Shown one piece after another: positions 27,251 to 35,926 of a stretch of 64,000 nucleotides of DNA. The notes beneath the pieces were generated by a model that searched no databases, was not told the origin of the DNA, and saw only the letters and a program-made list of their open reading frames with translations. Position numbers and translations under genes: made by a program. Location: sequence record OQ031493.1; one strand, given 5' to 3'. Numbering within the stretch: position 1 is the stretch's first letter; the number at the start of each line of letters is the position of its first letter.

Positions 27251-27563
27251 CGTCCATAACCTCTAGTACCCAACGGCCAGTCATCAACTCACGTGCAACA
27301 TCACATGCCGCCCCGCCAATCTTCTCAGCTACTTTGTCCAGCAGAATTGGATGATAGTTGTGATCACCCATTACTGCGAACTTGCTTTCCCGTTCTATTT
27401 CAGCAAGTAAATCAGTGTCAACCCATTCAACACGCCCATCTGGATAGACAATATTAAGACCATACCACTTACAATAGTTTTCGATGGTTACAACTGGAAT
27501 GTCATAAACACCTTTAAAACACAGCGGTAACTTACGATCTGAGTAATGAATACGTTCAGTCAT
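27219..27563 (-). CDS. hypothetical protein
   Basis: 114-aa ORF, ATGA overlap with upstream gene. Confidence 0.7.
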   Translation of the reverse strand: MTERIHYSDRKLPLCFKGVYDIPVVTIENYCKWYGLNIVYPDGRVEWVDTDLLAEIERESKFAVMGDHNYHPILLDKVAEKIGGAACDVARELMTGRWVLEVMDGEIPGQEKFC

Positions 27564-27979
27564 TTGCCATTCACCAATTCAAAATAATTTTTTAGTAGAT
27601 CTTCAGTTATTGGACGAGTATGTTCTTTAATCGATAATTCCTTACTGTCCATTTCAATTTCATATTCAGAAATTTGAAATTGCTTATGTGGCACTGAACC
27701 ATCTAACATAATGATCACATCTGCTAAGACTTGATCCACTGCACATTGCAACAAATTATTAACTTGTTGATTATCAGTAAGTGAGTAATCATTGATGGCT
27801 TTATTACGAATGTCATATAGCCTTTTACTTAAAGGAGTATTACGTTCAATATGTTCTGTTCGCCACTCTTCTAAAATCTGTTCTGTACTTAGTTTGGATA
27901 ATGACGATCCGCCAAGTTTCTTCCTAACTTCATTTTCTGAAAATGGTTTATCATGCCAGAATTGATGATCTTGTTTCAT
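27560..27979 (-). CDS. hypothetical protein, LDG-motif family (distant)
   Basis: RNKAIND...AVDQVLADVIIMLDG resembles RDNAINN...AVADSVITGMLDILDG of 647-1021. Confidence 0.7.
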   Translation of the reverse strand: MKQDHQFWHDKPFSENEVRKKLGGSSLSKLSTEQILEEWRTEHIERNTPLSKRLYDIRNKAINDYSLTDNQQVNNLLQCAVDQVLADVIIMLDGSVPHKQFQISEYEIEMDSKELSIKEHTRPITEDLLKNYFELVNGK

Positions 27980-27991
27980 AGTAAATCCTTT

Positions 27992-28249
27992 TTATAATTT
28001 AGAAATAGGTTTTAATACCGTATCTTTTTCATTGAATGGATTATAAACTTTATGCGGATTAATCATCTTTAGTTGCTCATTCTTTCTTTCTAAATAAGCA
28101 TCTGATGGTTTAATTGTTTTAGTTTTCCAAAAGTCATCGATTGGTTTTAACTTATCCATTTCTGACTGTTCGTTATCAAAAGGAGTTTCCCGATTTCTTA
28201 GTCGGGTCGAATTGAATAGGAGTCGTAAACTCCCGTCGTAATTCCTCAT
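27992..28249 (-). CDS. hypothetical protein (start uncertain; may be the 3' part of a frameshifted gene)
   Basis: 85-aa ORF overlapping 28176-28340 in another frame. Confidence 0.5.
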   Translation of the reverse strand: MRNYDGSLRLLFNSTRLRNRETPFDNEQSEMDKLKPIDDFWKTKTIKPSDAYLERKNEQLKMINPHKVYNPFNEKDTVLKPISKL

Positions 28250-28340
28250 CTAAATTCTTCTCTTGAATTAATTTAGGAAAATGTTTTCTAACTGTTTTAA
28301 TTGAAGCTATTAAATTGGAATAGGCTTTTTCTATGGACAT
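28176..28340 (-). CDS. 54-aa ORF, not in track
   Basis: manual translation MSIEKAYSNLIASIKTVRKHFPKLIQEKNLDEELRREFTTPIQFDPTKKSGNSF, ending TCC TTT TGA. Confidence 0.5.
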   Translation of the reverse strand: MSIEKAYSNLIASIKTVRKHFPKLIQEKNLDEELRREFTTPIQFDPTKKSGNSF

Positions 28341-28365
28341 TTTTATAACTCAAAATACATTATAA

Positions 28366-28389
28366 AGACAGTGGCTAAAACCACTGTCT
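28366..28389 (-). terminator. intrinsic terminator
   Basis: agacagtgg/ccactgtct stem then TTAT. Confidence 0.65.
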
Positions 28390-28500
28390 AATTATTTCCC
28401 ATAATGATCCACCTATAACTGCACTTAGAAAAAGCATTTTGAATATGGGTGGTTCTTCTTGTTCATGTTGCATGTCTGATTTATTATTTTCGCTAGCCAT
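28375..28500 (-). CDS. 41-aa peptide with C-terminal hydrophobic segment, not in track
   Basis: manual translation MASENNKSDMQHEQEEPPIFKMLFLSAVIGGSLWEIIRQWF. Confidence 0.55.
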   Translation of the reverse strand: MASENNKSDMQHEQEEPPIFKMLFLSAVIGGSLWEIIRQWF

Positions 28501-28511
28501 TTTCTTTTACT

Positions 28512-28880
28512 CTAATGCCCACCATATTCTCTAATTTTCTCACCATCCCAAAACTCATAACCAGTCATATTGTGATTAAATGGCTTTATTTTAGTAAACC
28601 CACTACGATAGATCCAGAAATGACCAGTGCCTCTTTTTAAGCGGCACTTATACATTGCTTTTTTCTCATATTCCGTGGGAGGGCTAATTTCTAGAACTTC
28701 AAGTTCATCACCCCGTATACAGAATAGCGCTGGTGGATGCTCACAGGATGCTTTCATACCGAGAACACCTGTTGACCAAACTGTATCACCTGGCTTAATA
28801 ACAGTGATGTCATTTGATACAGGTATTACAGGAATTGCACACATATTAGATGCTCCAGAGTAATTACCTCCAAAGAGCAA
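28512..28880 (-). CDS. hypothetical protein, possible SH3/KOW-like barrel (likely start 28844)
   Basis: IKPGDTVWS...IRGDELEVLEI; GGAG SD precedes MCAIP. Confidence 0.65.
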   Translation of the reverse strand: MLFGGNYSGASNMCAIPVIPVSNDITVIKPGDTVWSTGVLGMKASCEHPPALFCIRGDELEVLEISPPTEYEKKAMYKCRLKRGTGHFWIYRSGFTKIKPFNHNMTGYEFWDGEKIREYGGH

Positions 28881-28971
28881 ACACTGATATATTCATAGTC
28901 TGCTCTTTAGTAATATTTAAGAAGTTGGAATACTCATACTGGAGATAAACTAATGTCCATTTATACTAATC

Positions 28972-29574
28972 TCATTGTGTATAATAATTCTTTTTGAGAT
29001 TATCCATATCGTAAGAATCATGTTTGAACTCAAACTTCTTAGCTATCTCACTCGAAAAAGCTTGTTTACGTTTTTCTTCTTGTTCACGGATATCGTAAGG
29101 ACCATTCTCTTTAACAAGATATTTTTTATACGGCCCAGTTCCTTGGATATATCCATCAGGAATAATGGTTGTGAGATATTTAGCCTCTACCAACCGGATG
29201 CACCGTCCATAACCAACTTCATTGGCATGACGAACTTGGATTAGTTGTCTATTCTTGGCAATACGTTCAGATATGCATGGGAAGTAAACCGGATCATCTC
29301 CTTTTTTACAGTTACCCATATCAACCTTTGCGTACAGAATTTTTCTATGATTGGCTTCGAAGAAAGCCCGAGCTTCACGAATACGTTGGGACCGAATAGC
29401 TTCCTTAGTTCTGACATTCTTTAGATGTGCAGGTTGTAAAAAAGGATTCATCTTTCGCACGTGACGTTGGATAAGTTTTGTCGTGTAATGAGGTGAATCA
29501 TTAGCCATAGCCAGTAGGCTATTGTACATCTCAATCGACATGATTACTTGCTGCGGGTCATTATTGCGCTGCAT
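28972..29574 (-). CDS. basic hypothetical protein, paralog of 4180-4563
   Basis: 200 aa; GGAG SD; shared N-terminus. Confidence 0.75.
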   Translation of the reverse strand: MQRNNDPQQVIMSIEMYNSLLAMANDSPHYTTKLIQRHVRKMNPFLQPAHLKNVRTKEAIRSQRIREARAFFEANHRKILYAKVDMGNCKKGDDPVYFPCISERIAKNRQLIQVRHANEVGYGRCIRLVEAKYLTTIIPDGYIQGTGPYKKYLVKENGPYDIREQEEKRKQAFSSEIAKKFEFKHDSYDMDNLKKNYYTQ

Positions 29575-29681
29575 GCTGATCTCCGTATGTGAAATAATGC
29601 TTTACTTTAAGGTCATCAGGATTATAAATAACACGTTGGAATTCATGTTTCTTCGCTAGTTTAAAAGCAGCTTACTTTTCC

Positions 29682-30782
29682 TTAGAAACCTACACGACTT
29701 GCTTTGCGTGGGCTACTGCAAGAACTAGTATTCAATGCTTCAGCTAAAGTAAGATTATTACCGACAAACTCAACTGGATCTAGACCATTAGCTAAACGAG
29801 CTGCATTCGCTTGTTCAGCAGTAAGTGTTTTGAAGGTAAGAATATCGAAAGCACGGCCAGGTCGAACTAAAGCTTCATCAACATCACGAAGAGTCGGAAG
29901 ATTAGTAGAAATGATAATCTTGGTCTTAGTAGATACTAGACCAGCTGTAGCATTTAATAGCCCTGACATATTACTATTACCATCTACACGTTTAGCCACC
30001 ATTTTATCAGAGTCTTCTGTAATAATGAGTGAATTATCCTCAACACCACGAATAAAATTAGTCAAACCGGCGTGGCCAAGTACATCATCTTGATCAGCTA
30101 GATACACATTACGATCATTATAACCACGAGCCCGAATAATCTCATTGATATAATTAGACTTACCAGTACCAGGAGGACCAATCAATAGTAGAACATTAGA
30201 TTCAGATGCAGCGAATTCAGTCCAGATTTCAGCTGGAGATCGATCTAGGAATGGATACATTTCCATCATATTTGGATTGTAGTTACGAACAGAAATAACT
30301 TCACTAAAGCTATATAGTTCATTATTTTGATAGTTAACCCGAATTCTTTTAATACTAGGTGGACGAGTCTGATCAAATACTTCTTCAAAACGTAATTTAA
30401 ATACTTTGATCAGTTCTTCATTGGAGTATAATCTAAAGTTCTGACTAGTGGTACCTTCCATTCCATTCATTAGGAAACCAATGATTCCTTCATCATCTAG
30501 TAATGCAAAACCACCACTAATTCTGAATGCTTTCAGATTTAAAGGGCTTATAACTTCATCACATAGTTTGTAAATTTGTTCTTTGATGAATTCTTTTCTA
30601 TCAACTCCAAAAGGATAGTGAATACGTAGATCTTCACTATCTGAACTAATTCCCTGTTCATTAAGAGTATAGCGATATGCATTGGAAATTGCACGGCCAT
30701 TATCAACCTCCATAGCAATGGAGATAAAACGATCAATCCACTTCTGCTGGACTAACGTAAGTTTGCTATTACGATAATTCAT
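29682..30782 (-). CDS. AAA+ ATPase
   Basis: Walker A GPPGTGKS, Walker B IITED, LLN, IIISTN, DEALVRPGR (SRH). Confidence 0.9.
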   Translation of the reverse strand: MNYRNSKLTLVQQKWIDRFISIAMEVDNGRAISNAYRYTLNEQGISSDSEDLRIHYPFGVDRKEFIKEQIYKLCDEVISPLNLKAFRISGGFALLDDEGIIGFLMNGMEGTTSQNFRLYSNEELIKVFKLRFEEVFDQTRPPSIKRIRVNYQNNELYSFSEVISVRNYNPNMMEMYPFLDRSPAEIWTEFAASESNVLLLIGPPGTGKSNYINEIIRARGYNDRNVYLADQDDVLGHAGLTNFIRGVEDNSLIITEDSDKMVAKRVDGNSNMSGLLNATAGLVSTKTKIIISTNLPTLRDVDEALVRPGRAFDILTFKTLTAEQANAARLANGLDPVEFVGNNLTLAEALNTSSCSSPRKASRVGF

Positions 30783-30827
30783 TTGATGTTCCTTTTCTAA
30801 TTGATAATCTAATTTGAGACGATATAA

Positions 30828-30849
30828 ACCCTCCTACTAAGAGGAGGGT
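30828..30849 (-). terminator. intrinsic terminator
   Basis: accctcct/aggagggt stem then TTAT. Confidence 0.75.
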
Positions 30850-30885
30850 TTATTTTGGCTATTATAACTAATTCATTTGAGAAAA

Positions 30886-31539
30886 TTAATTATTATATTC
30901 ATCCATCAATTCAGGTAGACGGCTATCTCTAGGATCTAAGATTTCAGACCAATCAATTGGCATATATGGCTCATCAGATTCATTTTTATTTAACCATTCT
31001 TCTAGTCTCTTTACATCATCGGACCAGTATAGGTTATACATAGTTGGCACATTTGCATCTAATGCCAACTGCCACGCTGTATTAGTACCACCACTAATTA
31101 CAGAGGTTGGTGTCTTTTGTTCACCGTATGCAATAATAGTTGAAACAGGTTCACGTAAAGTATGGCCATGAATTTGAAATACATTACGAGTATGTAGTTC
31201 AATACCTGTTCTACCTAAACCATTGAAACTTCCCCGAGCTGCACAGGCCATTGCCATAGCTGTGGGAATGGTATCAGTATATACGGAGGCATCATGAAAC
31301 CACGCTAGATTCTCAATTCGTCTTCCAAGAAATCCATTTCGAATAATGTAAATACGACTTTCTACTGTATCCCATTTATCAGACTGAATTGCACCATACC
31401 AACCAGCTCTATCTGATCCATATGCATCGCCTGATGAAATACCTATACCTAGATCAACAAATGTTCTTCCTGCGCGTATCATCAATTCTAGGGCCCATGT
31501 AGGGGCATAGCGACTACCGACAATAGCTGTCATTGCCAT
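30886..31539 (-). CDS. SLOG (DprA/Smf-like Rossmann) domain protein
   Basis: AIVGSR, ISSGDAYGSD, RNVFQI, SGGTNTAWQLA. Confidence 0.7.
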   Translation of the reverse strand: MAMTAIVGSRYAPTWALELMIRAGRTFVDLGIGISSGDAYGSDRAGWYGAIQSDKWDTVESRIYIIRNGFLGRRIENLAWFHDASVYTDTIPTAMAMACAARGSFNGLGRTGIELHTRNVFQIHGHTLREPVSTIIAYGEQKTPTSVISGGTNTAWQLALDANVPTMYNLYWSDDVKRLEEWLNKNESDEPYMPIDWSEILDPRDSRLPELMDEYNN

Positions 31540-32249
31540 TATCTAACCCTCATTAGAAGACGGATATCACCGTACTTAAGAACGGCATTTCGGACTTGAT
31601 AAATAAAAGGTTTAAATTCTTTTCGCTGTTGATCAGCCGTGAGTGTATAAGTTACTTTGATAGGTTCATTAGGAACATTGCAGAAAGATAGATAACGCGA
31701 TACTCGACGTAGATTACGTAGGTGATTCTTACCACATTTAGGCCCGACTCGTTGTAACCGACCGTCGATAACCTTCCAATCATAATTAGCTTTAAGGTTT
31801 AGAGAATAAAAACTTTCAGTTAAATTCTTATAATACTGTAATTGTTTTTGAGAGATTTTATTAATTTTTGGTTCATCTGTTACAAGACGTGGGCTATACC
31901 GTGAATAGCAATCTGGTTCTGACATACGATCCAAGGACATATAAGTATATAGACTCATATATACTGTTTTAGTAACTGGTTTAAGCTCACTCATACCTTT
32001 TAGAATAGCTTCACCACTAATCCATGCATCACAGCGTGGATCATCATCATAACTACTCCACCATTCTGGTTTCTTTTTCAGATCATCAGGAACACCATTA
32101 TGGTAAGCAAATGGTTTTACATCCCAATAATTGCGAATATCAAGTAGATATGCATAAAGATCATAATTCTGTGTTAGTTCAATATCTTCGATACCAATCC
32201 ATTCATTATTTACTTTAGCTTGAGTTTCTAAATATACATAATCACCCAT
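31539..32249 (-). CDS. conserved phage hypothetical protein
   Basis: 236 aa; MG.....W...QNYDLYAYL.DIRN...GVPDD pattern recurrent in phages; coupled to the SLOG gene. Confidence 0.7.
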   Translation of the reverse strand: MGDYVYLETQAKVNNEWIGIEDIELTQNYDLYAYLLDIRNYWDVKPFAYHNGVPDDLKKKPEWWSSYDDDPRCDAWISGEAILKGMSELKPVTKTVYMSLYTYMSLDRMSEPDCYSRYSPRLVTDEPKINKISQKQLQYYKNLTESFYSLNLKANYDWKVIDGRLQRVGPKCGKNHLRNLRRVSRYLSFCNVPNEPIKVTYTLTADQQRKEFKPFIYQVRNAVLKYGDIRLLMRVR

Positions 32250-32453
32250 TTTCTTTATTTCCTGTATTAGATTAATATAAATGTTTTATAACAACTATTT
32301 CAATATTGAATAACGTATTATTGGTTGTTTTAATTTACTACTCAACCTGATAATGTGTAATACGTCTATCTATATATCTCTTTTCTCTGGTGAAGAGCAT
32401 TAGCATTATTCCAAGGTAGAGTCCTTATTCTATTAAACATATAAGTAAATAAT

Positions 32454-32475
32454 CCCTCCCCAATAAAGGGGAGGG
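32454..32475 (-). terminator. intrinsic terminator
   Basis: ccctcccc/ggggaggg stem. Confidence 0.75.
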
Positions 32476-32491
32476 TATATGTTATCTTAAT

Positions 32492-32893
32492 TCATGCTTT
32501 TGAAAGATCATATTTAATAGCTTCATCTTTCATAGGAGTTAATACAATAGTCACTTTTTCAAAACCATGTATATCCCTACCATTATAAGAAATATCAATA
32601 CTCTCCCAATCCTGGTTAACTACTTCAGCATGAAGAATATTTTTAATATTGATAGCATCTGTTTTATCAAACCATTTAAAAACCTTTGGGTTAAATACAA
32701 GTTCGAAAGTAGTTTGATATGGATAGCTTTTCTGTTTAACAAGCCTACTAGATGCTAGTGATGTATTCTCAATATTTCGAATAACATCAATCATTGCTTT
32801 ACGGATAGTAAGTAATTTACTTTTCAGAACCAAATCAATAAATGCTGGATCAGTTGTCATTACTTCTTTTACAGATGGAAATGTGATTTCCAT
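32492..32893 (-). CDS. hypothetical protein (FPS-motif paralog)
   Basis: 133 aa, GAGGA SD. Confidence 0.75.
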   Translation of the reverse strand: MEITFPSVKEVMTTDPAFIDLVLKSKLLTIRKAMIDVIRNIENTSLASSRLVKQKSYPYQTTFELVFNPKVFKWFDKTDAINIKNILHAEVVNQDWESIDISYNGRDIHGFEKVTIVLTPMKDEAIKYDLSKA

Positions 32894-32909
32894 AGCATCC
32901 TCTTATAGG

Positions 32910-33086
32910 TTAATTATTAAAAGATAAATCATAATCACTTTGTCTGCGATTCGGATTAACAGGATCAGGATATTTTCCAGTTTTGATAACTTCTTTTATA
33001 GCTCTAAAATCACGTTCTAGAAAATCTAGTTTTTTAACTAACTCTTTTTCTAATTCTTTATTGAGTAGTCTTCTTAATTTGCTCAT
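32910..33086 (-). CDS. 58-aa ORF, not in track
   Basis: manual translation MSKLRRLLNKELEKELVKKLDFLERDFRAIKEVIKTGKYPDPVNPNRRQSDYDLSFNN fills the gap. Confidence 0.55.
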   Translation of the reverse strand: MSKLRRLLNKELEKELVKKLDFLERDFRAIKEVIKTGKYPDPVNPNRRQSDYDLSFNN

Positions 33087-33453
33087 CTACGTATACTCTC
33101 ACAATGAACCAATTGATTAGGCCAAAACCTTTTGGTGTGATGGTAATGTCATCTTTATATCCATTTTTAGTGATTACATTACGTAATACTTTAATTGCTT
33201 CAGGTGGAATAAGATTAGCATTACCGGTAACACTATACTCGAAATAATAACCTACACCTGGTAAATAACCTGATGCAATCTGGTTAGTACCTGTGATATT
33301 ACTAACGTGTTGGAAGTCACTAAAAGCATTCTTGTAGAATAACAAAATATTAGGAATTACTTCATCCCTAATAGTAGAACTAGTAATGGCATCCGCCGAT
33401 GGAAAATAAGGTACTAATTCATCTGTTACATTGGTGCTATTAATATCGGACAT
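33058..33453 (-). CDS. hypothetical early protein (FPS-motif paralog)
   Basis: 131 aa, GAGGA SD, first gene after promoter 33500. Confidence 0.75.
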   Translation of the reverse strand: MSDINSTNVTDELVPYFPSADAITSSTIRDEVIPNILLFYKNAFSDFQHVSNITGTNQIASGYLPGVGYYFEYSVTGNANLIPPEAIKVLRNVITKNGYKDDITITPKGFGLINWFIVRVYVDEQIKKTTQ

Positions 33454-33499
33454 AATCTTTTCCTCATTATAAAAGGATAAATATCTTTATGGTAATCCT

Positions 33500-33507
33500 G
33501 TAATATA
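33500..33507 (-). promoter_or_regulatory. early promoter TATATTAC
   Basis: exact octamer upstream of 33453. Confidence 0.75.
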
Positions 33508-33537
33508 GATTTAAATTAATTTATAATGAATGGCATA

Positions 33538-33560
33538 AAGGAGCCCCTGGTGGGCTCCTT
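33538..33560. terminator. intrinsic terminator-like hairpin (possibly bidirectional)
   Basis: aaggagccc-ctggt-gggctcctt with T runs on both sides; no gene ends here, so it implies an upstream non-coding transcript. Confidence 0.65.
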
Positions 33561-33571
33561 TAATGTAATAG

Positions 33572-33740
33572 GTCCGACCCCTATCTAGAGGTCGGTGAGT
33601 AGCAAGGCACCGTAGTTGGGGTTCGTGTCGTTCCTGACGATACTTTAGTACCCCGGTTTATTTACGACTGGATCACCCCCTTAAAGTGCAGTGCGTTTTA
33701 CGCAAACTGCCTTGCTCTATATCATTGCACTGTGCGTATT
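33572..33740 (-). ncRNA. candidate structured ncRNA complementary to the 16S rRNA 3' end
   Basis: no ORF; GC-rich; several stems; 33663-33683 and 33599-33615 match the 16S 3'-terminal sequence on the + strand; strand inferred from G-U compatibility and the terminator. Confidence 0.55.
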
Positions 33741-33803
33741 TTTATTCGTTAGCTAATCTTATGACTTAGAGTTATATTTACATACCCCTTAAGGAAAAAT
33801 GCA

Positions 33804-35915
33804 ATGATAGACTCATTTAGGAAGCTAATGGGCTCGCTATCAATTACTGAAACTGATCAAGAAATTATCATCAGTGGTTTTGATGGTGCTGCATTCATTA
33901 GAGATATTAACAAGTATTGGCGAACCACTAAATTAGCTACGCAGTTATTTAACACGGTTAGTCGTCGTAGTATTTCATTTTATAAATTCTTTGCTCCTGA
34001 AATATATTACATGCTAGAAGCAGTAAAGAATTATAGAAGTAGATACATCTCTATTAAAACTGTTAATGCCATCCGTGAAGCAATGCTTCAATATACCTGG
34101 TTAAAAAATACTCGTCCTGTAGATACCAACTCTGTACCAGGTAGACTCAATTTCAAGATGTTAGACAAATTGACATTTACACCAGATGAGTCTCAAAAAG
34201 CTTATTTTGAAAATTATAATTATCGAATTGACCAGTATGGTTTACGTGGTGATATTGTTGCAGGTAAACCTGGTACTGGTAAGACATTCATGACGATGGC
34301 TATTGCTGAAATGGTTGAGTCGGATATCATTATAGTTGTTTGTGAAAAGAAGTCTATTGATCTAATATGGAAGCCATCTATTATTGAGATGTATAAGGAA
34401 AGACAAAAAGTATGGTCGACCATTGATGATAAAGCCTACAACGGTCAAAGAATACTTATATCCCATTACCAGGCGCAAGATAAAATAATTGATCTATTAA
34501 GAAGCGGTATATTCAAAGGTAAGAACATTACGGTGATTCTGGATGAATCACACAATATGAACGATCCTAATTCTGCACAATCTCTTAAGTTCCAGCAAAT
34601 ATGTTTTATGTCTAACTCTAATAACAGATTATTAGCGTCAGGTACCCCTGTTAAAGCACTTGGTTCTGAATTAGTAAGTGCATTAAGAGTATTAGACGAT
34701 CTCTTCACCAATGAGGTTGAAGAACGTTTTAAGAAAGCATTTGGAAAAGAGACACAGAAAGGATTAGATATTGTCCAACATCGCTTTGGGTTAATTGCGT
34801 ACGTCATTGAAAAGAAAGATACTGAGGTTTTACCACCGAGGATAAAAGCGTATCGTATCAAGATACCAAATGGATCACAGTATACTCTTAATGCCATTAA
34901 ACGTGATTGTGAAGCTTTTATTAGAGAACGTGTAAAGTTCTATGCTGCGCGCCGACCAGAAGATGAGAAGTATTGGGCTAAACTAATGGCGATACACGAG
35001 AACTCTCTTAAGACCCAGGCGCAGAAAGATGGTTTCGCTCGCTATAAGAATTTGATTAAAATAATTCAGAAGAATCAAGACCCGCGATACATTGGTGAAG
35101 AAATTAAAGAATCTAACCAATATGAAAAAATGTTTATAGAGCCAACTTTACCTCGTAATGAAATAGCTGCTTTTAGAGATATTAAATCAGTTATAAAATA
35201 CGTTATGCTAAAGATACAAGGTGAATGTTTGGGAAGGGTTTTAGGTGCTAAACGCATTCAGTGCCATGTGGACATGGTACCGTATATTGACTGGGTTGGT
35301 ATCACTGAATCAACTATGAAGAAAACGATTGCATTTACATCGTTTGTTGAGGTTGTTGATACTGTTGATAAGTACACCAATAAATTAGGTATGCATCCGG
35401 CGGTGGTGTATGGTAAAACCAATGACAATTTACCTCAAATAATCAGTAGATTTGAGAAAGACCCTAAATTAAATCCATTGGTAGCTACATATGCTTCCCT
35501 TTCAACAGCGGTTCGTATGACGATGGCTGATACTATGGTGACAATTAATTCACCGTTTAGGCATTACATTCTAGAACAAGCTATTGCTCGAATTTACCGT
35601 AAAGGTCAGGATTCACAAACAGTCGTATATCAATGTACTCTCGATACAGAAGATGAACCGAATATCTCAACAAGGTCAGATGACATTCTAAAATGGAGTC
35701 AGGCAATGGTTGAAGCTATTATGGGTATTAAATCTCCATTTGAGATCACAGAGTCATTAGAAAGTTATGTTGATAAAAATAATAATTTTGATGAAAATAA
35801 AATCATTTATCAGATGCTAAAAGAATCATTTGAGAAGTATGATATCGCAATTGATTTTAATGACTTTGATACACGTATGTATAAACCATATCAGCCCGCA
35901 TATATGCGGTTTTAA
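33804..35915 (+). CDS. SNF2/DEAD-like superfamily 2 helicase (phiKZ gp203-like)
   Basis: Walker A GKPGTGKT, DESH, SGTP, QAIARIYRKGQ. Confidence 0.85.
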   Translation: MIDSFRKLMGSLSITETDQEIIISGFDGAAFIRDINKYWRTTKLATQLFNTVSRRSISFYKFFAPEIYYMLEAVKNYRSRYISIKTVNAIREAMLQYTWLKNTRPVDTNSVPGRLNFKMLDKLTFTPDESQKAYFENYNYRIDQYGLRGDIVAGKPGTGKTFMTMAIAEMVESDIIIVVCEKKSIDLIWKPSIIEMYKERQKVWSTIDDKAYNGQRILISHYQAQDKIIDLLRSGIFKGKNITVILDESHNMNDPNSAQSLKFQQICFMSNSNNRLLASGTPVKALGSELVSALRVLDDLFTNEVEERFKKAFGKETQKGLDIVQHRFGLIAYVIEKKDTEVLPPRIKAYRIKIPNGSQYTLNAIKRDCEAFIRERVKFYAARRPEDEKYWAKLMAIHENSLKTQAQKDGFARYKNLIKIIQKNQDPRYIGEEIKESNQYEKMFIEPTLPRNEIAAFRDIKSVIKYVMLKIQGECLGRVLGAKRIQCHVDMVPYIDWVGITESTMKKTIAFTSFVEVVDTVDKYTNKLGMHPAVVYGKTNDNLPQIISRFEKDPKLNPLVATYASLSTAVRMTMADTMVTINSPFRHYILEQAIARIYRKGQDSQTVVYQCTLDTEDEPNISTRSDDILKWSQAMVEAIMGIKSPFEITESLESYVDKNNNFDENKIIYQMLKESFEKYDIAIDFNDFDTRMYKPYQPAYMRF

Positions 35916-35926
35916 AGGAGACAGAA

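Noticed and set aside
33634-33655. CTGACGA resembling a hammerhead ribozyme core
   Set aside because: No GAAA after the putative stem II and no compatible cleavage triplet or stems
33669-33683. TAAGGGGGTGATCC as an ordinary SD for a small minus-strand gene
   Set aside because: The only start is an overlapping GTG giving a 4-codon ORF; no start codon at 5-10 nt spacing
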